Assembly: GCF_002087085.1 (NCBI RefSeq) | Contig: NZ_MWQY01000022.1 | Location: forward strand, 1 to 57,831 | Direction: 5' to 3' | DNA: 57,831 nucleotides | In this document: piece after piece, positions 1-10,103 of the stretch | Layout: each line of letters begins with the position of its first letter | How positions within the stretch are numbered: the stretch's first letter is position 1 | Position numbers and translations under genes: made by a program | The notes under the pieces: generated by a model | What the model was told of the DNA's origin: nothing | Seen by the model: the letters and a program-made list of their open reading frames with translations, nothing else | Database searches by the model: none

Positions 1-45
1 ATAAAAATTTACCTATCGCTCTTCGAGCCGACTGCCTGTGCATAA

Positions 46-135
46 CTATGTGCGCTGGCCCTGCTGAAAGACCCCGCGCTCCTTGACAGAGCGGGAGTCG
101 ACGATGTCGGCTATCATGGCCCACACTTTCTGCAT
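46..135 (-). pseudogene. Truncated 29-aa ORF resembling the N-terminus of SatD-family proteins
   Basis: Manual translation gives MQKVWAMIADIVDSRSVKERGVFQQGQRT*. It resembles the SatD start pattern (hhhhGDIVxSR...R..hQ) and has AGGA upstream, but stops at TAG 46-48. Confidence 0.35.
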
Positions 136-374
136 ATTCCAATCCTACCACCCATACTCAGACTTGTCCATAAGAACCAAAAGGGTTCTTTTTCTAAATA
201 TGAACCAAATAGGTTCTCTTTTCAAAAATGAACCTTTGGGGTTCCCCCGGAGTCAATTCCGGGTTCATTCCTTCAATAAGCCCTGAAAATACGTTTATTT
301 TGCCATTATCTTGCGATTCCTCCATTCTCACCGTATACTTTTGCTGATACGTTTGTGTAAAAAGGGAATATTTC

Positions 375-2519
375 ATGCCGAAGAAGATTCTCCTGGTGGA
401 AGATCAGGCAATTCTTGCGATGACTGAATCCAAGATGATCGAAAAGTACGGATACTCTGTGGAAACCGCGCTGACCGGAGAGAAGGCTGTTTCAATCGTG
501 GAAAAGGACTCCGATATCGATCTGGTTCTCATGGATATCAACCTCGGGCACGGCATGGACGGCACCGAGGCCGCCCGGGCCATCCTTCAAAAACGGTCCC
601 TGCCGATAATCTTTTTATCCAGTTATACGGATCCGGAGGTTGTAGAAAAAACCGAGAGCATAACCGCCTATGGCTATGTGGTTAAGAACACCGGCGAAAC
701 CGTCCTGATTAATGCAATAAAGATGGCCTTCCGGCTGCATGCCTCTTTTAAAAATGAACAGGAGAGCGAGGCCCGCTTCCGCTCCATGGTGGAACACAGC
801 CCGGATCCCATGTTTATTCATACAGACTTTATTCTGGTATATCTCAATCCCGCTTCCCGGAGGCTCTTCGGAGCGTCCTCAAATGAGGAGGTCCTCGATA
901 CCTCCATACTGGACCGGATAGATCCGGCCTATCACAGAGAGGCCATAGACCGGATAAACACAATGGTCAAATCACACCGGCCTATAAGTAAGCGGATAGA
1001 GCAGGAGTATATTCGGCTGGACGGGAGCAGGGTGTGGGTCGAGGTCAGCGGTATTCCAATCTATTTTAAGGGAGAACTTGGAATTCTCACCACTGTGCGG
1101 GAGATCCACGAGCGAAAGCTCCGGGAGCAGCAGATTCAGGAGAGCAGAGAGAGCCTGCGAATTACCCTCAATTCCATCGGTGACGGGGTAATCTCCACAG
1201 ATATCCAGGGGAATGTCGTCCGCATGAATCCTATAGCCGAAGAGCTTACAGGATGGACTATCAGGGAGGCGAAGGGTAAAAAACTCGCGGAAATTTTTCA
1301 GATACAGAATGCATTCAGCAGGGAGACAAGCCCCAACCCGGTTGCTCGAGTCATGGAAACAGGCGAGACGGTCGGGCTGAGCAATCATACCATTCTGATT
1401 TCCCGGACCGGACAAGAGCATCAGATCGCCGACAGCGCCGCTCCCATCAAGGACAGCAGCGGAATCATCAGCGGCGTAGTTCTGGTATTCAGGGATGTAA
1501 CAGAGGAATACCGGAAAAACCGGGAGCTTCGGGAATCCCGGGACTATCTTAACGCCGTGCTCAGCAGCATACAGGATGGAGTAAGCGTTCTCGACACGAA
1601 TCTGAATATTACCTATGTAAATCCTGTAATGGAAAAACGGCACAGACATATGATGCCGCTTGTGGGAAAAAAATGTCATTACGCCTATCATTATTCAGAT
1701 CAAATCTGCAATCCCTGCCCTTCACAGCGCTGTCTGCTGAGCGGAAAAACTGAAAAAGATGTGATACAGGTTTCATCTGAAGGCGAAAAAGAACCGGAAT
1801 GGGTTGAAGTCTACAGCTATCCCCTGCGAGACCATGAGACGGGGAGAATGCAGGGTGTCATTGAATTTGTCCGGAACATAACAGAGCGGAAAAAAGCGGA
1901 GGACAGGCTCATCGATGCGGTGGAGGAAAAGGAGCTTCTGATGAAGGAGCTTAACCACCGGGTAAAAAATAACCTGGCTATAATAAGCTCCCTTTTGCAG
2001 ATAGAAACCGCCAGACTCGGAAGCCAGCTCGACCTCTCGGATATTATTTCCAGAATTGACGCTATCCGGATCATTCACGAAAAACTGTATCAATCGGATA
2101 AAATCACCCACATACAGTTGGGGGATTATATCCAGGACCTGTTGGAGATGGTTTTTTCATCCTTCTCCGACCGCCCCATCAGAATAGACAACCGTATAGG
2201 AAACATCACGGTCAAGACAAAACCGGCGGTATCCCTTGGTCTTATAGTAAACGAGATTGCGGTAAACGCAATCAAACACGGCTTTACGACTGACAAGGAG
2301 GCTGTTTTCTCGGTTTCCCTGGAAGAAAACGCCGACAGCTATTATTACATGACCCTTTCCAACACGGGACGTCCCTTTCCGGAAGATGTGGACATACATA
2401 ATCCCGCGAGCCTTGGTCTTCAGCTGGTGGGAACCCTTGTCGAGCAGCTTAACGGCTCCCTGGAAATTCAGAAAAGTCCGCAACCTGTTTTCAGGCTGAA
2501 ACTCAGCCTGAAGGACTGA
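375..2519 (+). CDS. Hybrid signalling protein: N-terminal receiver, three PAS domains, HisKA_2/HWE-like histidine kinase
   Basis: ILLVED...LVLMDI receiver; repeated PAS/PAC motifs (FRDVTE, VRNITERK); H-box ELNHRVKNNL; N-box NEIAVNAIKH; G-boxes SNTG and SLGL. Confidence 0.92.
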   Translation: MPKKILLVEDQAILAMTESKMIEKYGYSVETALTGEKAVSIVEKDSDIDLVLMDINLGHGMDGTEAARAILQKRSLPIIFLSSYTDPEVVEKTESITAYGYVVKNTGETVLINAIKMAFRLHASFKNEQESEARFRSMVEHSPDPMFIHTDFILVYLNPASRRLFGASSNEEVLDTSILDRIDPAYHREAIDRINTMVKSHRPISKRIEQEYIRLDGSRVWVEVSGIPIYFKGELGILTTVREIHERKLREQQIQESRESLRITLNSIGDGVISTDIQGNVVRMNPIAEELTGWTIREAKGKKLAEIFQIQNAFSRETSPNPVARVMETGETVGLSNHTILISRTGQEHQIADSAAPIKDSSGIISGVVLVFRDVTEEYRKNRELRESRDYLNAVLSSIQDGVSVLDTNLNITYVNPVMEKRHRHMMPLVGKKCHYAYHYSDQICNPCPSQRCLLSGKTEKDVIQVSSEGEKEPEWVEVYSYPLRDHETGRMQGVIEFVRNITERKKAEDRLIDAVEEKELLMKELNHRVKNNLAIISSLLQIETARLGSQLDLSDIISRIDAIRIIHEKLYQSDKITHIQLGDYIQDLLEMVFSSFSDRPIRIDNRIGNITVKTKPAVSLGLIVNEIAVNAIKHGFTTDKEAVFSVSLEENADSYYYMTLSNTGRPFPEDVDIHNPASLGLQLVGTLVEQLNGSLEIQKSPQPVFRLKLSLKD

Positions 2520-2542
2520 CGTTGCCATCAGCCCCCGGTACA

Positions 2543-3121
2543 TCAATCCGCCGAACGGGCTATCTCCACCAGGGATACGATATCTCCCCTGCGCTTGTAC
2601 TCCATACTTTTTATCCGGATTAATCCCGTGTTCATCCCAGATTTTTTGGCAGCCTCGAGCAGAGCCCTGCGTCCGGGCTGCAGGCGAACCCTCCCCGAGG
2701 AGACAAGCTCTTCCGCGGGGAACACAACCTCGAGCTCCCTGACCTTTCGATATGCACGGGGAGCGGAAGGAATCAGCTCAAGCTCATATTCAACTGCCAG
2801 GGGAACGCCTGAAAGCCCGATCTGTTTTCTGCCCTCCACGGGCATGGAAAAGCGGCGACTGGAGGAAATTTTCACACCTGTTTCGCTGACTGCATACTCC
2901 TGAAACAGAAAAAGGGAGGCTTCTCCCGCAAGCGAACCGGCGCTGCTTCCCTGATCTGCCGGGCTGGAGGAGACGAGGACGAGACTGATCCTGCGCTTCT
3001 CTTCCGTCTGAACGCTGTCTTTGAGGCCCGTTTCTTCCTTTTCCTTCGAACCGAAGGCAAAGAGCCCCTGCGTCATCAGTGCACACAGAACCAGCAGCAG
3101 ATATATATACGTACGTTTCAT
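2543..3121 (-). CDS. Hypothetical exported protein
   Basis: Start reassigned to ATG 3121 (AGGAG upstream). Signal peptide MKRTYIYLLLVLCALMTQGLFA followed by FGSKE. Confidence 0.7.
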   Translation of the reverse strand: MKRTYIYLLLVLCALMTQGLFAFGSKEKEETGLKDSVQTEEKRRISLVLVSSSPADQGSSAGSLAGEASLFLFQEYAVSETGVKISSSRRFSMPVEGRKQIGLSGVPLAVEYELELIPSAPRAYRKVRELEVVFPAEELVSSGRVRLQPGRRALLEAAKKSGMNTGLIRIKSMEYKRRGDIVSLVEIARSAD

Positions 3122-3229
3122 GAAAACTCCTTCTACACTAATATATCTCCGGTTTTGCGGCATTACAAAGTTCAGGACCGGAGGTACTATTGATAGAGAT
3201 GAAGCCTTGCTTTAGAGTGGTTTTTCAAT

Positions 3230-4324
3230 ATGGATAGCCGGAAAATACTCTTTCTTGAAGCCTTTTACGGGGGATCCCACAGAACCTTTGCCGACGGCCT
3301 TATACGGCACAGCCGCCATGATATTCGTCTGGTAAGCCTTCCGGCCCGTTCCTGGAAGTGGCGACTCAGGGGGGCCTCCCTTCATTTTTTAAAGGAAATC
3401 GACAACTGGCAGGATTATGATCTTGTAGTCAGCGGCGGTATGATGAGTCTTGCGGACCTGAAAGCCCTTGCAGGTCCGGACCTCCCTCCCCTGGTCCTCT
3501 ACTCCCACGAGAGTCAGCTGAGCTACCCCCTGCCTCCTGAAGAAAAGATTGACTATCAATTCGGTTTTACGGATATAACAAACTGCCTGAGCGCCGACGG
3601 AATACTCTTCAACTCCAGGTTTCACCTTGACGCCTTCTTCCGGGAACTTGTTCCGTTCTTAAAACGCATACCGGAATTCCGTCCGGACTGGGTTCGGGAT
3701 TCAATCCGCAGGAAAAGCCGGGTACTCTATCCCGGCTGTGAACTCTCCCCCTTCATGGAGGAGAAAAAACCCCATGCACCGGGGCCTCTCCTTATTCTCT
3801 GGAACCACCGCTGGGAATTCGACAAAGCCCCGGAGAAGTTCTTCAAGGCGCTGGAGCTGCTGGACGAAAAAGGACTTGATTTCAGCATAGCCCTTCTTGG
3901 AGAGTGCTCCCGGAAGGTTCCGAAACCTTTCAAGGCTGCCAGGGAACGTTTCGGAAACCGGATCGCCGTCTATGGTTACAGAGAATCCCGGGAAGAATAT
4001 GATTCATGGCTCCGGAAGAGCGACATTGTCATTTCCACGGCCCTGCAGGAGAACTTCGGTATTTCCATCGTGGAGGCGGTCGCTGCCGGGGCCTTTCCCC
4101 TCCTTCCCCACCGGCTTGCCTATCCGGAGGTTCTGCCGGATCATTTCCACCGGGGACATCTGTATAAAAATGTTCCCGACCTGGTGGCAAAGCTGGAGAA
4201 ACTGCTTAAACAGGGTCTTCCGGCAATACAGGACCTTTCCCGGTCCATGATGATCTATGCCTGGGAAAACTGTATAGATGATTACGACGACTATTTCAGC
4301 GCCCTTGCGGAGGGAAGAAAATGA
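3230..4324 (+). CDS. DUF3524/GTDC1 (QTMAN)-like GT-B glycosyltransferase
   Basis: EAFYGGSH, LPARSWKWR, HESQLSYP, FNSRFH and WNHRWEFDKAPEKFF motifs, plus GT4-type ENFGISIVEA (EX7E). Confidence 0.88.
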   Translation: MDSRKILFLEAFYGGSHRTFADGLIRHSRHDIRLVSLPARSWKWRLRGASLHFLKEIDNWQDYDLVVSGGMMSLADLKALAGPDLPPLVLYSHESQLSYPLPPEEKIDYQFGFTDITNCLSADGILFNSRFHLDAFFRELVPFLKRIPEFRPDWVRDSIRRKSRVLYPGCELSPFMEEKKPHAPGPLLILWNHRWEFDKAPEKFFKALELLDEKGLDFSIALLGECSRKVPKPFKAARERFGNRIAVYGYRESREEYDSWLRKSDIVISTALQENFGISIVEAVAAGAFPLLPHRLAYPEVLPDHFHRGHLYKNVPDLVAKLEKLLKQGLPAIQDLSRSMMIYAWENCIDDYDDYFSALAEGRK

Positions 4325-5103
4325 GTAAAAAGGGACGGAGGCCGGATTTCGACACATACTACCGGGACCTTTTCAAAAGTCGCTGGGAGGGTCTTAAACA
4401 GGCAATGGAGGCTGATTCCTCCCACGCTGAACTGAGCCGGGGACTTCTGAAGCCCTACTACCTGGACGCAGCCTCCCTCTTTCCCGTCCGGGCCCTTGAT
4501 GTAGAAGGAGGCGTAAATATTCTGGATCTCTGTTCCGCTCCAGGAGGAAAGGCCCTGGCCATAGCCGGGAGCATGGGGCCTGAGGCGCAGCTTACGGTAA
4601 ACGACCGCTCCTCCCAGCGGAGATCCCGTCTGCGCCGGGTCCTGGAGGAACACCTTGAAACGGGCATACTCTCCCGCATTACTGTTACCGCCCATGATGC
4701 CGCCCGCTGGGGACTCTACGAACAGAACCTCTATGACCGGGTTCTGGCGGATGTTCCCTGCTCCTCCGAGCGCCACCTTGTCCAGGACCCCGGACATCTG
4801 AAGAACTGGAGTCCCGCCCGCACCAGACACCTGGCGGTACAGGCCTACGCGATTCTTGCAGCGGGTTTCACCGCCCTCAAAGCGGGGGGTATCCTCGTCT
4901 ACTCCACCTGCGCCCTGTCCCCCGGGGAAAATGACGACGTTATCGCCAAACTCCTGAAACGTCAGGCCAGCGAATGTCGACTGCTGCAACCCGACGGCAC
5001 AATCGGCGAGGCAACGGAATACGGCAGAATAATCCTCCCGGATAATGCGAACGGAATGGGACCTATCTACTACGCCGCGGTGACAAAGGCCCGGGCTTTC
5101 TGA
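4321..5103 (+). CDS. RsmB/NOP2/NSUN-family RNA cytosine-C5 methyltransferase (short NSUN3/4-like form)
   Basis: LDLCSAPGGK SAM motif, DVPCS (motif IV Cys), YSTC (motif VI Cys), YYLDAAS. ATGA overlap with the upstream gene. Confidence 0.92.
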   Translation: MSKKGRRPDFDTYYRDLFKSRWEGLKQAMEADSSHAELSRGLLKPYYLDAASLFPVRALDVEGGVNILDLCSAPGGKALAIAGSMGPEAQLTVNDRSSQRRSRLRRVLEEHLETGILSRITVTAHDAARWGLYEQNLYDRVLADVPCSSERHLVQDPGHLKNWSPARTRHLAVQAYAILAAGFTALKAGGILVYSTCALSPGENDDVIAKLLKRQASECRLLQPDGTIGEATEYGRIILPDNANGMGPIYYAAVTKARAF

Positions 5104-5135
5104 TACTATCGGCGGAGCATAATCCTGGAGGCCCG

Positions 5136-5615
5136 ATGAATCCTCTGTTTTTTACCATATTTCTTGCCTTTCTGCCGATTTCCGAACTTCGGGGGGCGAT
5201 TCCCTACGCCCTGGCCAAGGGCTATCCCCTCTATTTCGCCTATCCTCTGTGTGTCGCCGTCAACGCCATGGTGGCCCCCCTGGGCTTTCTGTTTCTCTCC
5301 ACCGTACACATGTGGATGAACCGCTTTCGCTGGTACCACGGAATGATAAATCCGCTCCTAGAGCGGGCACGGCACAAGGTCGATGCCAAGGTACAGAAAT
5401 ACGGGTACTGGGGTATCATGCTCTTTGTCGCCATTCCCCTCCCTGTAACCGGGGCCTACACCGGAACCCTGGGAGCCTGGATTCTGGGGCTTGGAAAACG
5501 CAGGACCATTGCAGCGGTCTTTGCCGGAGTAATAATCGCCGGGATAATCGTAAGCACCGTCAGCGTTCTTGGAATCGAAGCCTTCAGTTTTTTCACAAAA
5601 TCAGTTTCTCAATAG
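5136..5615 (+). CDS. COG2426 small multidrug export-family membrane protein
   Basis: LPISELRGAIP and FVAIPLPVTGAYTG signatures; hydrophobic segments; GGAGG RBS. Confidence 0.85.
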   Translation: MNPLFFTIFLAFLPISELRGAIPYALAKGYPLYFAYPLCVAVNAMVAPLGFLFLSTVHMWMNRFRWYHGMINPLLERARHKVDAKVQKYGYWGIMLFVAIPLPVTGAYTGTLGAWILGLGKRRTIAAVFAGVIIAGIIVSTVSVLGIEAFSFFTKSVSQ

Positions 5616-5627
5616 TATAAGGAGCCT

Positions 5628-7637
5628 ATGGATTTTACCTCAGGACTGAACGACCGCCAGAAAGAGGCGGTCCTTAGCATCGACGGACCCTTATTGATCA
5701 TAGCCGGCGCGGGCTCGGGAAAAACCAGGGTAATAACCCATCGCATAGCCCATATGCTGACCCAGGGGATACCCCAGTCCTCCATACTCGCCCTGACCTT
5801 TACCAACAAGGCCGCCCGGGAAATGTCAGAACGGGTTCGTGAGCTTACGAAGAAAAAGCTCTCCAACCTGACGGTCTCCACCTTTCATGCCTTCGGGGTG
5901 CAGATTCTCCGCAAAACCATTCATCTTCTGCCGGGCTATCGTGACAATTTCAGTATTTACGACCAGGCGGACAAGAACGCCCTGATCAAGGAATGCGCCA
6001 GGGAGCTGGGCATGGCCCCGGACACCCTGGATCTGTGGGAAATCGGCAATATCTTTTCCTCGGTAAAGACCTTCAGGCACAAATGGGACGGGGATACAAA
6101 GATCTACGAAAAGCTCTTTCACGAGTACCAGGAGCACCTTCAGCTCTACAACGCTGTGGATTTTGACGATCTGATCGTCCGGCCCATCCATATTCTGCAG
6201 GAGAATCCCGAGGTACTGGAATCCTACCGGGAGCGTTTCCGCTATGTCATGGTGGATGAGTTTCAGGATACCTCCATGGCCCAGTACCGGCTCATGAAGA
6301 TACTGTCCGAGACCAACCGCAACATCTGCGTGGTAGGGGACGACGATCAGTCCATATACTCCTGGCGGGGAGCCAATTACGAGAACATCATCAATTTTGA
6401 GCGGGACTTTCCGGAACTCACGGAGATAAAGCTTGAGCAGAACTACCGCTCCACCGGAAACATCCTGGCGGCGGCAAACGGCTTGATTGCCCATAACACC
6501 AACCGAAAGGAGAAGGAGCTCTGGACGGGGACCGGCTACGGTAATGCCATCGAAATCTACTATCCGGAGAACGAACAGCGGGAGGCGGAGTTCATTACGA
6601 CCATGATCCGCATGCTCAAGAGTCGGGGGGAGATCGAGTACCACGATGTGGGAGTCCTGATTCGCACCAACTCTCTCTCGGCGACCCTGGAGGACGCCTT
6701 TCTCAACGAGAACATCCCCTACCGCATATCCGGGGGCACCAGCTTTTTTCAGCGCAAGGAAATTAAGGACCTGATCTCCTACCTGCGGATCATGTCGAAT
6801 CCCGACGACGACATGAACCTGCTGAGGATAATAAATACCCCCCGCAGGGGCATAGGCAAACGAACCCTGCAGCGGATACAGGAGACGGCCCAGAAAAAAA
6901 ACTGTTCCATCTACAGTGCCATCTCCGCCCTGCGCTACGCCTCGGACTCCGGTCTGGGAGAAAAGGCCCAGACGGACCTGTCGGATTTCGTCTCTCTTAT
7001 CGAGTACTACCGGGAAATGGTTTTTACCGGCAAGGGCATTGCCAAAACCGTTCAGTCCCTGGTGGATGCGGTCCAGTACTGGCCATATCTGATTGGAGAA
7101 CATCAGAAAAACGAAAGCACCGCGCGCTGGAAGTATGCCAACATCTGCAGATTCATAGAGATGATCGCCCAGTGGGAGGAGACCCAGAAGGAAGAGGGCC
7201 GTAAAGCCTCGGTATACGACTATCTTAACCGGATTACCCTGATTACCCGGGATGACGACCAGGATGACGATGACGGCAAGGTGAACATTATGACCATCCA
7301 TGCCGCCAAGGGGCTGGAGTTTTCCCTGGTTTTCCTGGCCGGGGTGGAAGCCCACCTCGTACCCCACGCCCGTGCCGTGGAGGAGGATCCGGCGAACCTG
7401 GAAGAGGAACGCCGGCTCTTCTACGTTGCCATAACCCGGGCCCGGGAGAAGCTCTACATAACAAGCTGCCGGTCCCGCAGGAACATGCGGGACGTACTGG
7501 TCTGTGAGCCCTCACCTTTTCTGACGGAGATCCCCGAGGGCCTTATAGAAGACCACATCGGCGAAGACGAGCTGTCCACCGAAGACGCGGTGGAAGCCCT
7601 CTCCGCCCTCAGGGCAAAGTTCGCGTCCGGCAGCTGA
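5628..7637 (+). CDS. UvrD/Rep/PcrA-family SF1 DNA helicase
   Basis: AGAGSGKT, TFTNKAA, VDEFQD, VGDDDQSIYSWRGA, LEQNYRS, TIHAAKGLEF, EERRLFYVAITRA. Confidence 0.96.
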   Translation: MDFTSGLNDRQKEAVLSIDGPLLIIAGAGSGKTRVITHRIAHMLTQGIPQSSILALTFTNKAAREMSERVRELTKKKLSNLTVSTFHAFGVQILRKTIHLLPGYRDNFSIYDQADKNALIKECARELGMAPDTLDLWEIGNIFSSVKTFRHKWDGDTKIYEKLFHEYQEHLQLYNAVDFDDLIVRPIHILQENPEVLESYRERFRYVMVDEFQDTSMAQYRLMKILSETNRNICVVGDDDQSIYSWRGANYENIINFERDFPELTEIKLEQNYRSTGNILAAANGLIAHNTNRKEKELWTGTGYGNAIEIYYPENEQREAEFITTMIRMLKSRGEIEYHDVGVLIRTNSLSATLEDAFLNENIPYRISGGTSFFQRKEIKDLISYLRIMSNPDDDMNLLRIINTPRRGIGKRTLQRIQETAQKKNCSIYSAISALRYASDSGLGEKAQTDLSDFVSLIEYYREMVFTGKGIAKTVQSLVDAVQYWPYLIGEHQKNESTARWKYANICRFIEMIAQWEETQKEEGRKASVYDYLNRITLITRDDDQDDDDGKVNIMTIHAAKGLEFSLVFLAGVEAHLVPHARAVEEDPANLEEERRLFYVAITRAREKLYITSCRSRRNMRDVLVCEPSPFLTEIPEGLIEDHIGEDELSTEDAVEALSALRAKFASGS

Positions 7638-7639
7638 AA

Positions 7640-8137
7640 TCAGTCCAGATATTTGTACAGGGCCGCGAAACCCTGACCGATGGTTTTGGTCTCATCGATA
7701 ATGGGGTTGAAGGGGCCCCCCGCCAGGTATGAGCTGATTGGTCCGGTGCCGGACCCCGCCCCTGTACCGGCGGTGGAGCTGGTTTCCCGGCTGTTCTGCC
7801 ATTCAATGGCTCTGCGGTCCACCTCCATAAGCTGGGCGGGGCTGAGCAGATCGAGTTCCAGGTACTCAAGGGTCTCCTCCGCCCAGGCCGGCTCGACGCG
7901 CTTCATGCCTTTTATCCGGTCCATAATCTCCCGAATCTCCGACTTCTGATCATCCGTTAAAGCAAGTTTCGGGTTTTCCGTCGTCATTCCGTGAACATAG
8001 CCGAAGAAACGGCCCAGGTCGTAAACCACCGCCGTCTCTTCCTTGGCCTCCTGCACCGCAGGATCTGGCTCGGTCTGGGCAAAGAGCCCGACTGTCATGA
8101 TAACAAGAACCGTCACAAGGGAAGCAATTTTTTTCAT
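7640..8137 (-). CDS. Hypothetical exported helical protein, last gene of the ABC export operon
   Basis: Signal peptide MKKIASLVTVLVIMTVGLFA; AGGAGG RBS; co-oriented just downstream of the permease. Confidence 0.75.
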   Translation of the reverse strand: MKKIASLVTVLVIMTVGLFAQTEPDPAVQEAKEETAVVYDLGRFFGYVHGMTTENPKLALTDDQKSEIREIMDRIKGMKRVEPAWAEETLEYLELDLLSPAQLMEVDRRAIEWQNSRETSSTAGTGAGSGTGPISSYLAGGPFNPIIDETKTIGQGFAALYKYLD

Positions 8138-8163
8138 ACAATCCTCCTGTATAAAATCAAGAA

Positions 8164-9408
8164 TTATTCGTAGCGCAGTGCCTCTATAGGGTCGAGGCGT
8201 GAGGCGCGGAAAGCGGGATACCCGCCGAAAAAGAGTCCGATAATAAAGGCAAATCCGAAGGCAAGTACTACGGAATCCAGGGAGACCCTGGCGGCCATTC
8301 CGCCGAAGCGGGAGACAGCCCAGGATGCACCGACCCCCAGGGCGATTCCCACCAGTCCCCCGATCAGGGAAATAATGACCGCCTCGGTTATAAACTGCTG
8401 CAGGATGTCCGATCCCCGTGCCCCCAGGGCCATACGTACGCCGATTTCCCGGGTACGCTCTGTAACGGAAACCAGCATGATATTCATGATGCCAATTCCC
8501 CCCACAATCAGGCTGATGGCGGCTATACTCCCCAGAAGGACGGTAAAGGTCTCGGTTACACCCTGCATGGTGCTTAACAGATCGAGCTGATTGGCTATGT
8601 AAAAGTCGGCGCTGTCCATACCGGGAAGCCGGTGGGCACTGAGGATCCCGTTCTCGATTATCCGCTGCAGATCCCGCATAACCTCCGTGGAGGCGGCCTG
8701 GACATTGATAAGGGCGTAGTTCCGTTCCCCGGAGATATAACGCTGATAGGTGGATATGGGAATAAAGACCGCCGCATCCGAGGTTGAACTTCCCTTCTCC
8801 TCCATAATACCCACGACCCTGTGGTTTATGCCGTTAATACGTATGCTCTGCCCCAGGGGATCCACCCCTTCGGGAAAAAGGTCGCGGTACACCTGCACCC
8901 CGATTACCGCAACCGCTTTGCGGGTGTCCACATCCAGCTCCGAGAAAAACTGGCCATGTACAGGATGAAAATTGCGGATATCAGGATACCCGGTACCTGT
9001 TCCGATCACGGTAGCCACGGTGTTCACACTGCCGTACTTAAGCTGGGCCGTGGCACTGGATTCCGGAGCCGCCATGACCACGAGCTCCGGCCCAAGGGCG
9101 CGGATAAAGTTCAGATCATCCTCCGACAGGGTCGGAGTAATATTGGTTGTACTGCGGCGCACCAGGCTGCCCCCCCGGGGTTCACCGGAATAGACCAGGA
9201 GCAGGTTGGAGCCCAGGGACTCGAGGCTCTGCTGCACCGACAGCTGCGCACCGTTCCCCAGTGCGACCAGGGCGATTACCGCCGCCACTCCTATCATGAC
9301 CCCCAGGGCGGTTAAAAAGGAGCGCACCTTGTTGGAACCGATGCTCCTGAGGCTCATGACCAGACTTTCTCGAAATGCCCGGAATACCCGCAAAGTGGAG
9401 CTGTTCAT
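8164..9408 (-). CDS. MacB/FtsX-family ABC transporter permease
   Basis: RSFLTALGVMIGVAAV, VGGIGIMNIMLVSVTERTREIGVRMALGA, PAFRASRLDPIEALRYE. Confidence 0.95.
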   Translation of the reverse strand: MNSSTLRVFRAFRESLVMSLRSIGSNKVRSFLTALGVMIGVAAVIALVALGNGAQLSVQQSLESLGSNLLLVYSGEPRGGSLVRRSTTNITPTLSEDDLNFIRALGPELVVMAAPESSATAQLKYGSVNTVATVIGTGTGYPDIRNFHPVHGQFFSELDVDTRKAVAVIGVQVYRDLFPEGVDPLGQSIRINGINHRVVGIMEEKGSSTSDAAVFIPISTYQRYISGERNYALINVQAASTEVMRDLQRIIENGILSAHRLPGMDSADFYIANQLDLLSTMQGVTETFTVLLGSIAAISLIVGGIGIMNIMLVSVTERTREIGVRMALGARGSDILQQFITEAVIISLIGGLVGIALGVGASWAVSRFGGMAARVSLDSVVLAFGFAFIIGLFFGGYPAFRASRLDPIEALRYE

Positions 9409-10103
9409 GCTTCGAACTCCTCTGCAGGAACGTCCTGCAGGACCTTTCCGTCCCTGATCTGGACGACCCGTTTCGCCTGGCGGGCAAGATCGTTGTCGTG
9501 GGTAACCATAACAAGGGTGACCCCCTCGGTGTTCAGCTCATGAAAGAGCTTCATTATCTCAATGCCGGTTCTGGTATCCAGGGCTCCGGTGGGCTCATCC
9601 GCCAGGAGCAGTTTCGGTTTGCCCGCGAGGGCCCGGGCTATGGCGACGCGCTGACGCTGTCCGCCGGAGAGCTGATTCGGCACGTGATCGCTCCGGTCTC
9701 CCAGGCCCACCCGTTCAAGCATCTCCAGGGCCCGCTCCTTCCTCTCCTTCGGAGGAATGCCGGCGTAGACCAGGGGCAGCTCCACGTTCTCCAGGGCCGA
9801 TTCCCGCCCCAGCAGGTTGAAGGTCTGAAAAACAAAGCCGATATACCGGTTCCGCACCCCCGCCAGACTGTTGCTGTCCATGCGGGACACATCGGTCCCG
9901 GCAAGGCGGTAGGTTCCCCCCGTGGGAGAGTCGAGGCAGCCGATTATGTTCATCAGAGTCGATTTTCCTGAACCGCTGGGACCGATAATGGAAACGAACT
10001 CCCCCTCGGCGATACCGAAACTGACCCCATCGATGGCTTTGACCGTGGTAGGTCCCATCTGGTAGTGGCGGCTTATGCCGTCGATGTCGATAAGGGCAGC
10101 CAT
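9405..10103 (-). CDS. ABC transporter ATP-binding protein (LolD/MacB-type)
   Basis: GPSGSGKS, LSGGQRQRV, LLADEPTGALD, VTHD. Confidence 0.96.
   Translation of the reverse strand: MAALIDIDGISRHYQMGPTTVKAIDGVSFGIAEGEFVSIIGPSGSGKSTLMNIIGCLDSPTGGTYRLAGTDVSRMDSNSLAGVRNRYIGFVFQTFNLLGRESALENVELPLVYAGIPPKERKERALEMLERVGLGDRSDHVPNQLSGGQRQRVAIARALAGKPKLLLADEPTGALDTRTGIEIMKLFHELNTEGVTLVMVTHDNDLARQAKRVVQIRDGKVLQDVPAEEFEA

Noticed and set aside
40..112. Integron attC site suggested by GCATAAC and local hairpins
   Set aside because: No matching GTTRRRY end with L boxes, no array and no IntI; the region is better explained as a coding remnant.
5826..7367. 513-aa minus-strand ORF
   Set aside because: Antisense shadow of the clearly motif-bearing helicase; no motifs of its own.
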